Shown one piece after another: positions 15,484-24,000 of a stretch of DNA of 24,000 nt (position 1 is its first letter; each line of letters begins with the position of its first letter). The translations under genes were made by a program, and so were the position numbers. The notes beneath the pieces are model-generated. The model was not told the origin of the DNA. It searched no databases and saw only the letters and a program-made list of their open reading frames with translations. Origin of the DNA: Methanotrichaceae archaeon (GTDB lineage Archaea > Halobacteriota > Methanosarcinia > Methanotrichales > Methanotrichaceae); contig JBGQAL010000006.1 in assembly GCA_041494285.1 (NCBI GenBank), positions 3,057 to 27,056 on the forward strand. Reading direction: 5' to 3'.

Positions 15484-16998
15484 ATGGCTAGATTCATCGT
15501 TGTCCTAGGCACTACCTCCCACTCTGGCAAGAGCACCTTGGTGGCTGCTCTATGCCGCATCCTCCGCAACCGCGGCCTTCGAGTGGCACCCTTCAAATCC
15601 CAAAACATGAGCCTGAACTCCTGGGTCACGTCAAACGGCAGCGAGATTGGTATAGCTCAAGCTATGCAAGCCTGGGCCGCGGGGGTCGAGCCCACCGAGT
15701 TCATGAACCCCATCCTTTTGAAGCCTAAGGGCGACCGAACATCCCAAGTCATAGTCCTGGGAAAACCAGTAGCGGACAAATCCGCAGATGAGTACTACAA
15801 AGGGATAGACGGCCTGAAGGAGGTCGTAGACCGTGCCCTGGACGAGCTGGAGAATAAGTATGATTACATCGTTGTGGAGGGAGCTGGAGGGGCCGCCGAG
15901 ATCAATCTGTATGACAGGGACATCGCTAACATCTATGTTGCTGAACGTCTCCAGGCGCCGATAATCCTGGTGGGTGACATCGAACGCGGCGGGGTGTTTG
16001 CCAGCCTCTTTGGAACAGTGCAGCTGCTGCCACCCCAAATTCGCTCCTTGGTGAAAGGTCTGGTCATAAACAAGTTCCGAGGAGATCCAGCTATCCTCGA
16101 GCCGGGGCTGGAATCGCTGGAGAAGCTAACTGGAATCCCGGTCCTAGGTGTAATGCCTTATCTCAATCTAACCCTGCCCTCTGAGGACTCCGTGTCCCTG
16201 GGAGATAAAATCCAGGCAAACAAAATGGCCTCAGGAAAGGATGATCTGGTAGAGATTGCGGTTATTAAGTTGCCTCGCATCTCCAACTTCACGGATTTCG
16301 AGGCATTGGAGCAGAGCGCTCGGATCAGGTATGTGGCCTTGGACGAGCCTTTGGGAAAACCAGATGCGGTGATAATTCCTGGCACCAAGAATACCGTCTC
16401 CGACCTCGAAGAAATGAAGCAATGTGGACTGGACCGCCAGATTCTGGCCCTAAAGGATGTTCCAGTCCTTGGGATTTGTGGAGGGTACCAGATCTTGGGG
16501 AGAGAGATAATCGACTGCGGAATTGAGGACACCGTCGGTACAGTTCAGGGGTTGGGCCTCTTGGACGCTGTCACTCGCTTCGACCTGTACGAGAAGAAAA
16601 CCGTCCAGACAAGGAAGAAGGTCACAGGAGGAGGTCCAATCCTGGGAAGGATCCAAGGTCAGGAGGTCACTGGATACGAGATTCACATGGGAGTGACGTT
16701 CCCCAAGGACGAAGCTGCCTTTGGTGACGATGGGGCAGTGGCTAAGGACGGCCTTGTCATTGGAACTTACCTTCACGGCATCTTTGAGAACGAGAACTTC
16801 AGAAACGCTTTCCTTGATTACCTATACAGCCGCAGAAAGACGGTCCAGAACAGTGCTTCAGGCCAGATTCATAATAGCAGGCCGACCACATCTCATGAAG
16901 GTGATGTATATGATGAGCTGGCCAAGGCAGTTGAGGCCAACCTGCGCATGGGCGAGATCTGGAAGATGCTCGCACTGATTGATCATCAGTGTGGTTAA
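15484..16998 (+). CDS. cobQ: Cobyric acid synthase
   Basis: The N-terminal P-loop GTTSHSGKST is CobQ/CbiP type. The C-terminal glutamine amidotransferase part shows GICGGYQILG and YLHGIFEN. Length is 504 aa. Confidence 0.9.
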   Translation: MARFIVVLGTTSHSGKSTLVAALCRILRNRGLRVAPFKSQNMSLNSWVTSNGSEIGIAQAMQAWAAGVEPTEFMNPILLKPKGDRTSQVIVLGKPVADKSADEYYKGIDGLKEVVDRALDELENKYDYIVVEGAGGAAEINLYDRDIANIYVAERLQAPIILVGDIERGGVFASLFGTVQLLPPQIRSLVKGLVINKFRGDPAILEPGLESLEKLTGIPVLGVMPYLNLTLPSEDSVSLGDKIQANKMASGKDDLVEIAVIKLPRISNFTDFEALEQSARIRYVALDEPLGKPDAVIIPGTKNTVSDLEEMKQCGLDRQILALKDVPVLGICGGYQILGREIIDCGIEDTVGTVQGLGLLDAVTRFDLYEKKTVQTRKKVTGGGPILGRIQGQEVTGYEIHMGVTFPKDEAAFGDDGAVAKDGLVIGTYLHGIFENENFRNAFLDYLYSRRKTVQNSASGQIHNSRPTTSHEGDVYDELAKAVEANLRMGEIWKMLALIDHQCG

Positions 16999-17151
16999 CG
17001 GGGGTCAATCAATATCATTTTATTCTTCTAAATTTTAGATATATCAACCCAGACCCTTGCATCCCTTCGATCTCGATAGGGATTCCAACATCATGAAAGA
17101 CGTTGGGCATAATCTTTATACTCTATCCTTTAAAAGAACTAATACATTGCA

Positions 17152-18645
17152 ATGGCACTCACTACTTCCGATCTAACAGCCATCGATAGGACTGTTTCGT
17201 CCGTCTGTCCAGTATGTCTCAAGGTTATAAAGGCTCACATATTCCAGGACGGAGAGAAGGTCTTCATCGAGAAGGAGTGCCAGACCCACGGTGAGTTCAA
17301 AGATCTCTACTGGTCGGATGCTGCATTGTACAGAAAGTTCTACAGGTACTTCTGCGAAGGCTCAGGGATCGAGAACCCGACCGCGTCCGAGAGGGGCTGC
17401 CCTTTCGACTGCGGATTGTGCGAGAAACACCTGACAGGTACTCTTCTAGCAAACGTCGACCTGACAAATAGGTGCAACATGTCCTGCCCTGTATGCTTTG
17501 CCAACTCCGGGGGCCGGATTTCGGAGCCAACAATCGATCAGATAACGGCTATGTTGCAGAACCTGCGATCACAGAGACCTGTGCCATGCTCGGCTATCCA
17601 GTTCTCTGGCGGTGAACCAACCTTGAGAAGGGATTTGCCCAAAATAGTAGCCTTGGCCAAAGAGATGGGCTTTACCCAGGTTCAGATTGCAACCAATGGA
17701 ATAATGCTTTCAGCGGATTTGAAGCTCTGCCAAAGCCTGGAGCGGGCTGGATTGAGCACAGTCTATCTCCAATTTGACGGACTGAGTTCCAGGCCTTACA
17801 AGATGATGAGGGGCAGAAATCTCCTGCCCATTAAGCTCAAAGCAATCGAAAACTTCAGGAAAGCTAGCCAGACGAGTATAGTCTTAGTCCCCACGCTAGC
17901 TAAGGGAGTCAATGACGATCAGATGGGGGACATAATAAGGTTCGCCTCCAAGAACCTGGATGTCATCAAGGGAATCAATGTTCAGCCGGTCTCCTTCGCC
18001 GGGAGGATCGATCAGAAAGAGAGATCGGAAAAGAGAATCACGATCCCCGATTTTCTGACTTTGGTCGAGGAACAGACGAACAATGAGATAACCAGGGAGG
18101 ACTTCTATCCTGTTCCTTTCGTAGCTCCCATATCAAGGCTCATAGCCGCAGAGACACAGCGCCCCCAGCCGGTTTTCACCGTCCACCCATGCTGCGGTGC
18201 TGCCACCTATATCTACTGCATGGACGGCAAGATGACCCCCATCAACAGGTTCCTTGACGTAGAAGGACTAATGGAACGCATCGCTGAGGAGGCAGAGAGC
18301 TTCGTTGGATCCGGCCTGAGCAAGCTGAAAAAGAGAGGCGCGATACTCAAAGAGCTGTCAAGGTTTGCTGATGAGGCCAAGGCACCTCGGGACCTTAACG
18401 TGACCAAGATGCTTCTCAGCGTTTTCTGGAACGGCACAAGACAGTCTCTTAGAGAGTTCCACAACAAGTCCCTATTTCTGGGGGCAATGCACTTCCAGGA
18501 CCGGTACAACATGGACCTTGAAAGGCTTCAGAGGTGCGGCGTGCACTATGCCACCCCGGACGGCAGGATAATACCCTTCTGTGCCTACAACACAGTACAC
18601 CGAAAGGAGGTTGAGGATCGGTTTTCGGCTGAGGCCAGTAGGTAG
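17152..18645 (+). CDS. Radical SAM enzyme, Tes / GDGT-MAS-like (tetraether or macrocyclic archaeol synthase family candidate)
   Basis: 497 aa. The N-terminus has a CPVC...C..HG rubredoxin-like knuckle, then CPFDCGLCEKH. The radical SAM triad is CNMSCPVCFA with GGEPTL. The C-terminus carries further Cys motifs (HPCCGAA, CGVHY, FCAYN). This layout matches my recollection of the MJ0619/Tes family. A TTTATA element lies about 34 nt upstream of the ATG. Confidence 0.55.
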   Translation: MALTTSDLTAIDRTVSSVCPVCLKVIKAHIFQDGEKVFIEKECQTHGEFKDLYWSDAALYRKFYRYFCEGSGIENPTASERGCPFDCGLCEKHLTGTLLANVDLTNRCNMSCPVCFANSGGRISEPTIDQITAMLQNLRSQRPVPCSAIQFSGGEPTLRRDLPKIVALAKEMGFTQVQIATNGIMLSADLKLCQSLERAGLSTVYLQFDGLSSRPYKMMRGRNLLPIKLKAIENFRKASQTSIVLVPTLAKGVNDDQMGDIIRFASKNLDVIKGINVQPVSFAGRIDQKERSEKRITIPDFLTLVEEQTNNEITREDFYPVPFVAPISRLIAAETQRPQPVFTVHPCCGAATYIYCMDGKMTPINRFLDVEGLMERIAEEAESFVGSGLSKLKKRGAILKELSRFADEAKAPRDLNVTKMLLSVFWNGTRQSLREFHNKSLFLGAMHFQDRYNMDLERLQRCGVHYATPDGRIIPFCAYNTVHRKEVEDRFSAEASR

Positions 18646-18722
18646 ATTGTTATAGAAACGAACTGTTCTTTGAGGCACTCATCCGGGCAGAACATGGGCG
18701 TTTCGGGGGAAAATAGATTGAT

Positions 18723-19514
18723 ATGAGAATGCATGAGTATCTTAGGATGCTTCGCATTGGCGACTGGATAAAGTTCTACATAGCAGCGCCCTTGGCCGGC
18801 GCTCTGTTAGCCGGTGCAGTGCCCGCTCAAATTATTCTGGTTTTCATAATATACTTTGCCCTCATAGGCTACGCCTTTACAGTCAACAACTATTTCGATG
18901 TTGAAATCGACAAGCATCACGCCGGGAAAATGGAGTCCAACAAGAATCCTCTGGCCTCTGGGTCTGTTGGCCGCAGAGGTGTTTTGTTGATGATGTTATT
19001 CCAGATCGGAATAGCTCTGGTCTCCCTCGAGATGAGCTATCTTGGATTCTGCCTTGTCCTGCTGAACCTAATTCTGTTCACAGCCTATTCAGGAGGCATA
19101 CGCCTCAAAGAGAAGTTCTTCCTGGACATAATAACCCACGGACTCATGTTCGGAGCCGTTCCATTTCTAACAGGTTTCGCCCTTTCCAAGGGCAGCATAC
19201 CACCTGAGATCCTTTTGGCTTCCTCATTGCCATTTATCCTGGGAGCCGAGGCCTTGATAGCTCACCAGGTGGTTGAGTACGAAGAGGATGTACTGTCCAC
19301 TAGGACCACAGTAACCTTTATCGGGCGGAGAAATGGCCTGCTGCTACTTGGATCCGCTGCAGCTGTCTCCATCGTCCTGTTGATGTTCATGGCAAGCACA
19401 AAACTGCTGCCAGTCTGGGCCGTGACCGCTCTGGGCTGGTACTTGTTAGTCTATCCAGCCTACTCTTGCAGGAGCTTAATTCGTGATTTCCGTCATACTG
19501 CCAGCCCTCAATGA
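18723..19514 (+). CDS. UbiA-superfamily prenyltransferase (divergent)
   Basis: Polytopic 263-aa ORF. The first Asp-rich motif is NNYFDVEIDK, followed by KNPLASG. The second motif is degenerate (EYEEDVLSTRTTVTFIG). Confidence 0.75.
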   Translation: MRMHEYLRMLRIGDWIKFYIAAPLAGALLAGAVPAQIILVFIIYFALIGYAFTVNNYFDVEIDKHHAGKMESNKNPLASGSVGRRGVLLMMLFQIGIALVSLEMSYLGFCLVLLNLILFTAYSGGIRLKEKFFLDIITHGLMFGAVPFLTGFALSKGSIPPEILLASSLPFILGAEALIAHQVVEYEEDVLSTRTTVTFIGRRNGLLLLGSAAAVSIVLLMFMASTKLLPVWAVTALGWYLLVYPAYSCRSLIRDFRHTASPQ

Positions 19515-20280
19515 GGAGTCGGGCATCGAGGCATGCCTGAGATCCATCTCAGAACAGAGTCCTTCCGAGGACTACGAGGTCGTAGTAGTTGATGGCGGCT
19601 CTCAGGACCGCACCGCGTCAATCGCCTGTGAGTTCGCGGACAAGGTGGTCATTCAGACAAGTCCGGGCATAGGCGGAGCCAGAAGGGATGGAGCGAAGGC
19701 TGCTTCTGGGGACAAGCTGGCATTTACGGATGCGGACACGATTGTCTCCGAGGGCTGGCTTGAGGCTATAAGCTACAATCTGGATCGATATGATGCAAGC
19801 ACTGGGCCTGTCGTCTACCAGGACCAGGGAGTAAAATCCGAGCTCATTCAGAGATGGCGTAGTATGTACAGGATATTTTACCTATCGAACTTCTACTACA
19901 TCCTGGGATCGAACATGGCTGTGCGAGCTGGAACATACAGGCAGATTGGTGGCCACAGCGACATCTCCCTTCTGGACGATTACGATCTTTCTCTAAAGCT
20001 GTTCAGGGATAAAGCCAGAGTTAGACACGACCCCAACCAGGTGGTTTACACCTCATCGAGAAGGGCTGAGAAGCTCCTGGCCTACGCTTTTACGGTGGCC
20101 TACGGCCATTACCACTACAGTATATCGGGGGACCACTCCCGACTGCTACGCTATCCCAAGGCTGAGGAGATGAGGCTCCGAGATCTGATACCTGCCAGCC
20201 CAATGCAGATCAGGAGTTTGCGGTCGTCCCTGGAGGCGGCTGGTGAGTCCTTCCAGGGCCGGATAAAAAGGATCATTTAG
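19483..20280 (+). CDS. Family 2 glycosyltransferase (GT-A fold)
   Basis: ISVILPALNEE...VVVDGGSQDRT and the DxD-type FTDADT. The GTG start overlaps the UbiA gene by 32 nt. Confidence 0.8.
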   Translation: MISVILPALNEESGIEACLRSISEQSPSEDYEVVVVDGGSQDRTASIACEFADKVVIQTSPGIGGARRDGAKAASGDKLAFTDADTIVSEGWLEAISYNLDRYDASTGPVVYQDQGVKSELIQRWRSMYRIFYLSNFYYILGSNMAVRAGTYRQIGGHSDISLLDDYDLSLKLFRDKARVRHDPNQVVYTSSRRAEKLLAYAFTVAYGHYHYSISGDHSRLLRYPKAEEMRLRDLIPASPMQIRSLRSSLEAAGESFQGRIKRII

Positions 20281-20318
20281 ATACTCCGGCATCTTTAAGT
20301 GCCTTGAACTCCTAAATA

Positions 20319-20324
20319 TTTTTT
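20319..20324 (+). terminator. Oligo-T (T6) terminator candidate after the radical SAM-UbiA-GT2 unit
   Basis: A T6 run about 40 nt downstream of the GT2 stop at 20280. Confidence 0.3.
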
Positions 20325-20334
20325 GGGGTTTTAA

Positions 20335-21345
20335 TTGATTGGCTCCAGAATGCTTTGCAGCATTTGCATCTTCTTGCCTCTTCTTTGGTCCCTGGCTGAA
20401 GCAGGGGATCTGTTGACATTTGTGCCTCCTTCATCAGTATGCAAGGGAAACGATCTCCTGAAGAACCCTTTCTTTGTCGATCCCTCGAAGGACTTCAATA
20501 GCGGCATCCTCACCATGAAGAAGTTTGATCTCGCCCCGGAGAATTGGTCATGGGGACTGCGCGGATATAGCTGGGACACCAACACTTTGGAACAGTACCC
20601 CATCACTGAGTGCAATTTTTCATCCTACCGATCGAGAGCAAACGACTCCGACGTCTGGCTCTACGGAAAGGACGACTCGGGGAGGCTTGGGGTAGTGACT
20701 CTCATCCAGGGATGGGTCTGGCAGGATTCAAGCCCGCCCAATGGATGGTACATCTTTCCGCTCCTGCCGGTTTCAGGGACGACCAATATGACCATCCGCG
20801 CCTGGATCAAGCATCGTGGAGGTCTCTATCCACCTGAAAAGATGGAATCATTGCGAAACGGCATAATCGACATCTGGATGAGGGATGAAATCACTGGAAA
20901 GAACCTGATGATGGATCTGTACTTTTTCGGCGATGGATTATCCTGGAAGGATCAGGACACCTACCATTATGCATCCAAGGTCGACGATGTTCCCGAGGAA
21001 ACGTGGAGCGATGTGGTAGTGGACGTAGATCACCATATTGACCTTGCCATAAAGGAAGCAGCCAAAGAGGGCATGATCTTTGACAAAAGAGGCCTCAAGA
21101 TCTACCAGGTTGAGATACTCGAAGAGACGAAATATGCCTGGGGTGAGCTGCAAATAGGCAGCTTCGAGTTCACCTATTGCCGTTCTGTCTCTTTTTTGGA
21201 GGGGCTTCTGCCCAGAATATCGGCGTTGACAATCTCGATGGTTCTGGCACAAACTCATGAATGGCGATATCTTCTAGCTTCCCTCTTGACTGTTAGCCTC
21301 AAAGATATCCTTGTAGTAGGTCGAGACCTCGCTACCGTTCTCTAA
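20335..21345 (+). CDS. Secreted protein, unknown family (possible GH12-like jelly-roll glycanase, weak)
   Basis: The N-terminus is hydrophobic, LCSICIFLPLLWSLAEA. The start is TTG 20335 or ATG 20350. NWSWG, IIDIWM and YQVEILEE...FEF loosely resemble the GH12 strings NNLWG, E[IL]MIW and GFE/GTE. The 3' end overlaps the convergent gene by 72 nt. Confidence 0.55.
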   Translation: MIGSRMLCSICIFLPLLWSLAEAGDLLTFVPPSSVCKGNDLLKNPFFVDPSKDFNSGILTMKKFDLAPENWSWGLRGYSWDTNTLEQYPITECNFSSYRSRANDSDVWLYGKDDSGRLGVVTLIQGWVWQDSSPPNGWYIFPLLPVSGTTNMTIRAWIKHRGGLYPPEKMESLRNGIIDIWMRDEITGKNLMMDLYFFGDGLSWKDQDTYHYASKVDDVPEETWSDVVVDVDHHIDLAIKEAAKEGMIFDKRGLKIYQVEILEETKYAWGELQIGSFEFTYCRSVSFLEGLLPRISALTISMVLAQTHEWRYLLASLLTVSLKDILVVGRDLATVL

Positions 21346-22860
21346 GAAGTACCTGAACCTCTGGATCAGCACCAGATAATAAAGGCACCATAGTACGTTC
21401 ATCAGCAGGGGAACGGTAAATTGGTGAAAAATTTTTATGAGTCCTATTACTGCCGAGACGGCTATCACCATCATCATTACAATCTGTGGAAGAAAATACT
21501 TTAGGGGGGTCCGGCCTTCTCCCACCTTGGGTGTTACTACAAAGGGAATTTTTTTGCCGACAAGCGCGTAAACCGCAGCCTTCATGAATATGGGAAATGT
21601 CAGAAAGGTCATTGTGGAACCTAGGAATATCTCCCTGGCGCTGTAGCCACGCATGTACGTGGTCACAAAAAACTGGAGGAAAGAGAAGATAAGGTAAGGC
21701 AGGTAGCACAAGAAATAAGCAACTGGGTCCGTGATCAGAAAAGGACGGATATTGAACAAGAGAAAAGCTATTGGGCAGATCATCAGGAAGAAATAGGCCC
21801 AACCTACGAAATACCAAGTACAGGAGAGAAGGTATTCTGCCCATTGGGACAGAGTCATACTTTTCGGATCGGCTATAAGGGCCGAAACAACCTTTTTGAG
21901 AACTGATATGGTTCCATAAGCCCATCGCATCTGCTGCTTGTAGTATCCCGGAATGTTCATGGGACCTTCCCCCTCTACGAAGACTTGACTGTAGAAGTAT
22001 GAGCCGTAGCCTTTTCTATGCAAGTTGAAAGAGGTGGCCAGGTCCTCTGTAACAGTTTCCTCGTCAAATCCACCTACATCTCGCAAGGCGCTTACCCTAA
22101 GAACCACGTTTGTTCCACAGGCGAAGACGGCGTTGGCGACTGACTTGCCCTCGCAGATATTGGTGTAGAAGATCACCTGTTGGGAGTAGGCGGCATGAGC
22201 CACTCGATTGATGTTGTGATTAACATAGAACTGAGGTGTCTGGACGAAGGCCAACTTTGGATCAGCCTCCAGTATTGGGACGATCTCATTGAGAAAGTTG
22301 TGTGTAGGACGCTGGTCGGCGTCAAGTACCAGTAGGTATTCAGCTTTAATCTCCTGGAGGATCTCGTTTATGGCCCCTGCCTTGTAACCTCTACGCTCTT
22401 TTCTGTGTCTGTACTCTACACCGTACGTTTCTGCGAGCTTCTGGGCAGTACTCCTGAGCGAAAGATCAGATGAGTCGTCCAGGAGGTAGATTTTCTTATT
22501 TTTGTAGCTCATCAAAGTGCAGATAGAGATGGTGCCCTCCAGGGTTGCTCCATCCTCATTGAAAGCTGTGATGAAGACGGCCACCGCTGGTTCCATGGTG
22601 GTAAGAAAATAGTGCTCACCCTCAAACTTGATAACGTAGAGGCGATTCGCCCTGATCACGTCCAAGGAATAGCCTAAACTATGGACAAAGAAGAAAAGGT
22701 CGGCCATAATAAGAATGATAGCAAAGAGTCTATCCCAAAGACCATATCCTTGTCCAAAAAATATAATTGACCTAAATATAAAATAAACTACAATGCTTAG
22801 TGCTCCAATCGCTGCCAAAACAGTTGTCAGTATAATGTAATCTCGGGATTTAAGTCTCAT
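21274..22860 (-). CDS. Processive family 2 glycosyltransferase (cellulose/chitin/hyaluronan-synthase-like polysaccharide synthase)
   Basis: 528 aa with N- and C-terminal TM bundles. It carries the D,D,D,QxxRW set: LLDDSSD, LVLDADQ, VTEDLA and QQMRWAYG. Confidence 0.85.
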   Translation of the reverse strand: MRLKSRDYIILTTVLAAIGALSIVVYFIFRSIIFFGQGYGLWDRLFAIILIMADLFFFVHSLGYSLDVIRANRLYVIKFEGEHYFLTTMEPAVAVFITAFNEDGATLEGTISICTLMSYKNKKIYLLDDSSDLSLRSTAQKLAETYGVEYRHRKERRGYKAGAINEILQEIKAEYLLVLDADQRPTHNFLNEIVPILEADPKLAFVQTPQFYVNHNINRVAHAAYSQQVIFYTNICEGKSVANAVFACGTNVVLRVSALRDVGGFDEETVTEDLATSFNLHRKGYGSYFYSQVFVEGEGPMNIPGYYKQQMRWAYGTISVLKKVVSALIADPKSMTLSQWAEYLLSCTWYFVGWAYFFLMICPIAFLLFNIRPFLITDPVAYFLCYLPYLIFSFLQFFVTTYMRGYSAREIFLGSTMTFLTFPIFMKAAVYALVGKKIPFVVTPKVGEGRTPLKYFLPQIVMMMVIAVSAVIGLIKIFHQFTVPLLMNVLWCLYYLVLIQRFRYFLENGSEVSTYYKDIFEANSQEGS

Positions 22861-22990
22861 AATCTTGCCGCTATTAGCAAAAAACTTATGAAAATGAATA
22901 TATTAATCTCACGTCCGTCCATAAGTCTACATAGTCAGTACCTAAAATACTTATAAGATGACCTGATATAAACAGTTTTGGTTTTTTAGG

Positions 22991-23734
22991 ATGGATGGCA
23001 TGACGAACGAGAGGGTTCCTACAGGTGTGGAAGGACTGGATGATCTCATCGGAGGCGGCTTCCGCCAAGGGAAGAGCTATCTGATCAGCGGTGAGACCGG
23101 CACGGGCAAGACGACCTTCGGCCTACAGTTCCTGATGAAGGGTTTGGAACTTGGCGAGAGAGGAGTTTATGTCACTGCCGACGAGAAGCCAGGAGATCTC
23201 TTAGAGGATGCCAATTCCTTTGGCTTCGAGATGGCAAATGGCATAGACCAAAAGAAGATAGTACTTTTGGACTACTCTTCCCATTTCGATCAGATAAGGG
23301 AGAAGGGCGGAGAGATCGACGTCAGAAAAATCGTCGGAGATCTCAACAAATACATCAAACAAATTAACGCTAAAAGGCTTGTGATAGATCCTATAGCGCC
23401 TTTCGTGGTCAAGGAGGAGAAGATGTGGGAGGTCCGGAGCTACATTCGCTCCCTCTTCTACGCCCTTGACGGCCTGGGCACAACAACTTTACTCGGCTCG
23501 GCCGTCCCCACGGGCACCAGCAGTCTCAGCCAGTTTGGGGTGGAGGAGTTCTATGCTTCAGGGATCGTAGTTCTGTCCATCTTGAGGATGGATAAGATGA
23601 GCCCCAGAAGGATAATGATCGTCCGAAAGATGCGAGGCTCAGCCCACACCCTGGAGCCCTATATCTACGACTTCGAGCATGGAAACGGAATAGTCGTCCA
23701 GCAAAGGCTAGCTGAAGACTTCGAGCTTGGGTAA
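22991..23734 (+). CDS. KaiC-like / RecA-superfamily single-domain ATPase
   Basis: VPTGVEGLDDLIGGG, Walker A GETGTGKT and a Walker B-like RLVIDPI. Length is 247 aa. A GATATAAA element lies about 24 nt upstream of the ATG, which fits a leaderless transcript. Confidence 0.8.
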   Translation: MDGMTNERVPTGVEGLDDLIGGGFRQGKSYLISGETGTGKTTFGLQFLMKGLELGERGVYVTADEKPGDLLEDANSFGFEMANGIDQKKIVLLDYSSHFDQIREKGGEIDVRKIVGDLNKYIKQINAKRLVIDPIAPFVVKEEKMWEVRSYIRSLFYALDGLGTTTLLGSAVPTGTSSLSQFGVEEFYASGIVVLSILRMDKMSPRRIMIVRKMRGSAHTLEPYIYDFEHGNGIVVQQRLAEDFELG

Positions 23735-23774
23735 TATAATTATATATTAAACTCGATTGGAACATGCGAATGAC

Positions 23775-24000
23775 CTAAGCAATTGAAAGCCATTCCTCCC
23801 TGCCAATTCCTGCTTCCACCAGGATGTTTTGGAGGCTTCTTGTCTCCTTTCTTAAAATGTGAAGCTCCCTGTTGTCCAGGGCTAGAGGATCCATAACCCA
23901 TATGGCCAGAGAATTGCGGAGCATTATTACGTCGTTCAGAGAGTGGGTGAACTTCAGCACTGTTTCGAATCCGTTCTGAGCAACCAGGTACTCCAGGCCA
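23775..24000 (-). CDS. C-terminal part of a gene running off the window edge (DUF835-like, tentative)
   Basis: The frame is open from 24000 down to the stop at 23775. It reads ...GLEYLVAQNGFETVLKFTHSLNDVIMLRNSLAIWVMDPLALDNRELHILRKE..., which matches my recollection of archaeal DUF835 C-terminal domains. The tracked GTG start at 23960 is probably internal. Confidence 0.4.
   Translation of the reverse strand, partial: GLEYLVAQNGFETVLKFTHSLNDVIMLRNSLAIWVMDPLALDNRELHILRKETRSLQNILVEAGIGREEWLSIA

Noticed and set aside
22886-23068. 60-aa minus-strand ORF across the divergent promoter and the KaiC-like start
   Set aside because: It overlaps the AT-rich promoter region and the Walker A-encoding 5' end of the KaiC-like gene. 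Nothing supports it as a gene.

Overview
Archaeal chromosomal segment, probably euryarchaeal and Methanosarcinales/Methanomicrobia-like, judged from gene content, Shine-Dalgarno use (GGAGG/GGTGA) and TATA-box promoters. The core is a conserved plus-strand supercluster at 5084-13311: rpl18e, rpl13, rps9, rpoN, tRNA-Pro(CGG), rpoK, rps2, MEMO1-like, mvk, ipk, type-2 IPP isomerase, archaeal RNase J and idsA. Two tiny, translationally coupled unknown ORFs follow it. One carries a five-histidine i/i+4 ladder. The other ends in a tail resembling that of the ribosomal stalk protein. Further downstream lie cobQ and an envelope/lipid block. That block holds a Tes/GDGT-MAS-like radical SAM enzyme, a UbiA prenyltransferase, a small GT2, a secreted protein convergent with a processive QxxRW GT2 synthase, a KaiC-like ATPase and a partial DUF835-like gene. 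Two visibly AT-rich accessory islets interrupt this core. Islet 1 (about 1.7-3.5 kb) adjoins a canonical HepT-MntA toxin-antitoxin pair. It carries a tandem-repeat gene (40-aa units) with a C-terminal HEPN-like R-x5-H string, broken by three frame lesions. Islet 2 (about 13.8-15.5 kb) has a MITE-like inverted repeat and a coupled zinc-ribbon plus secreted-protein pair. I recognised no rRNA, CRISPR array, transposase or integrase. All family assignments rest on motifs read by eye, not on database searches.
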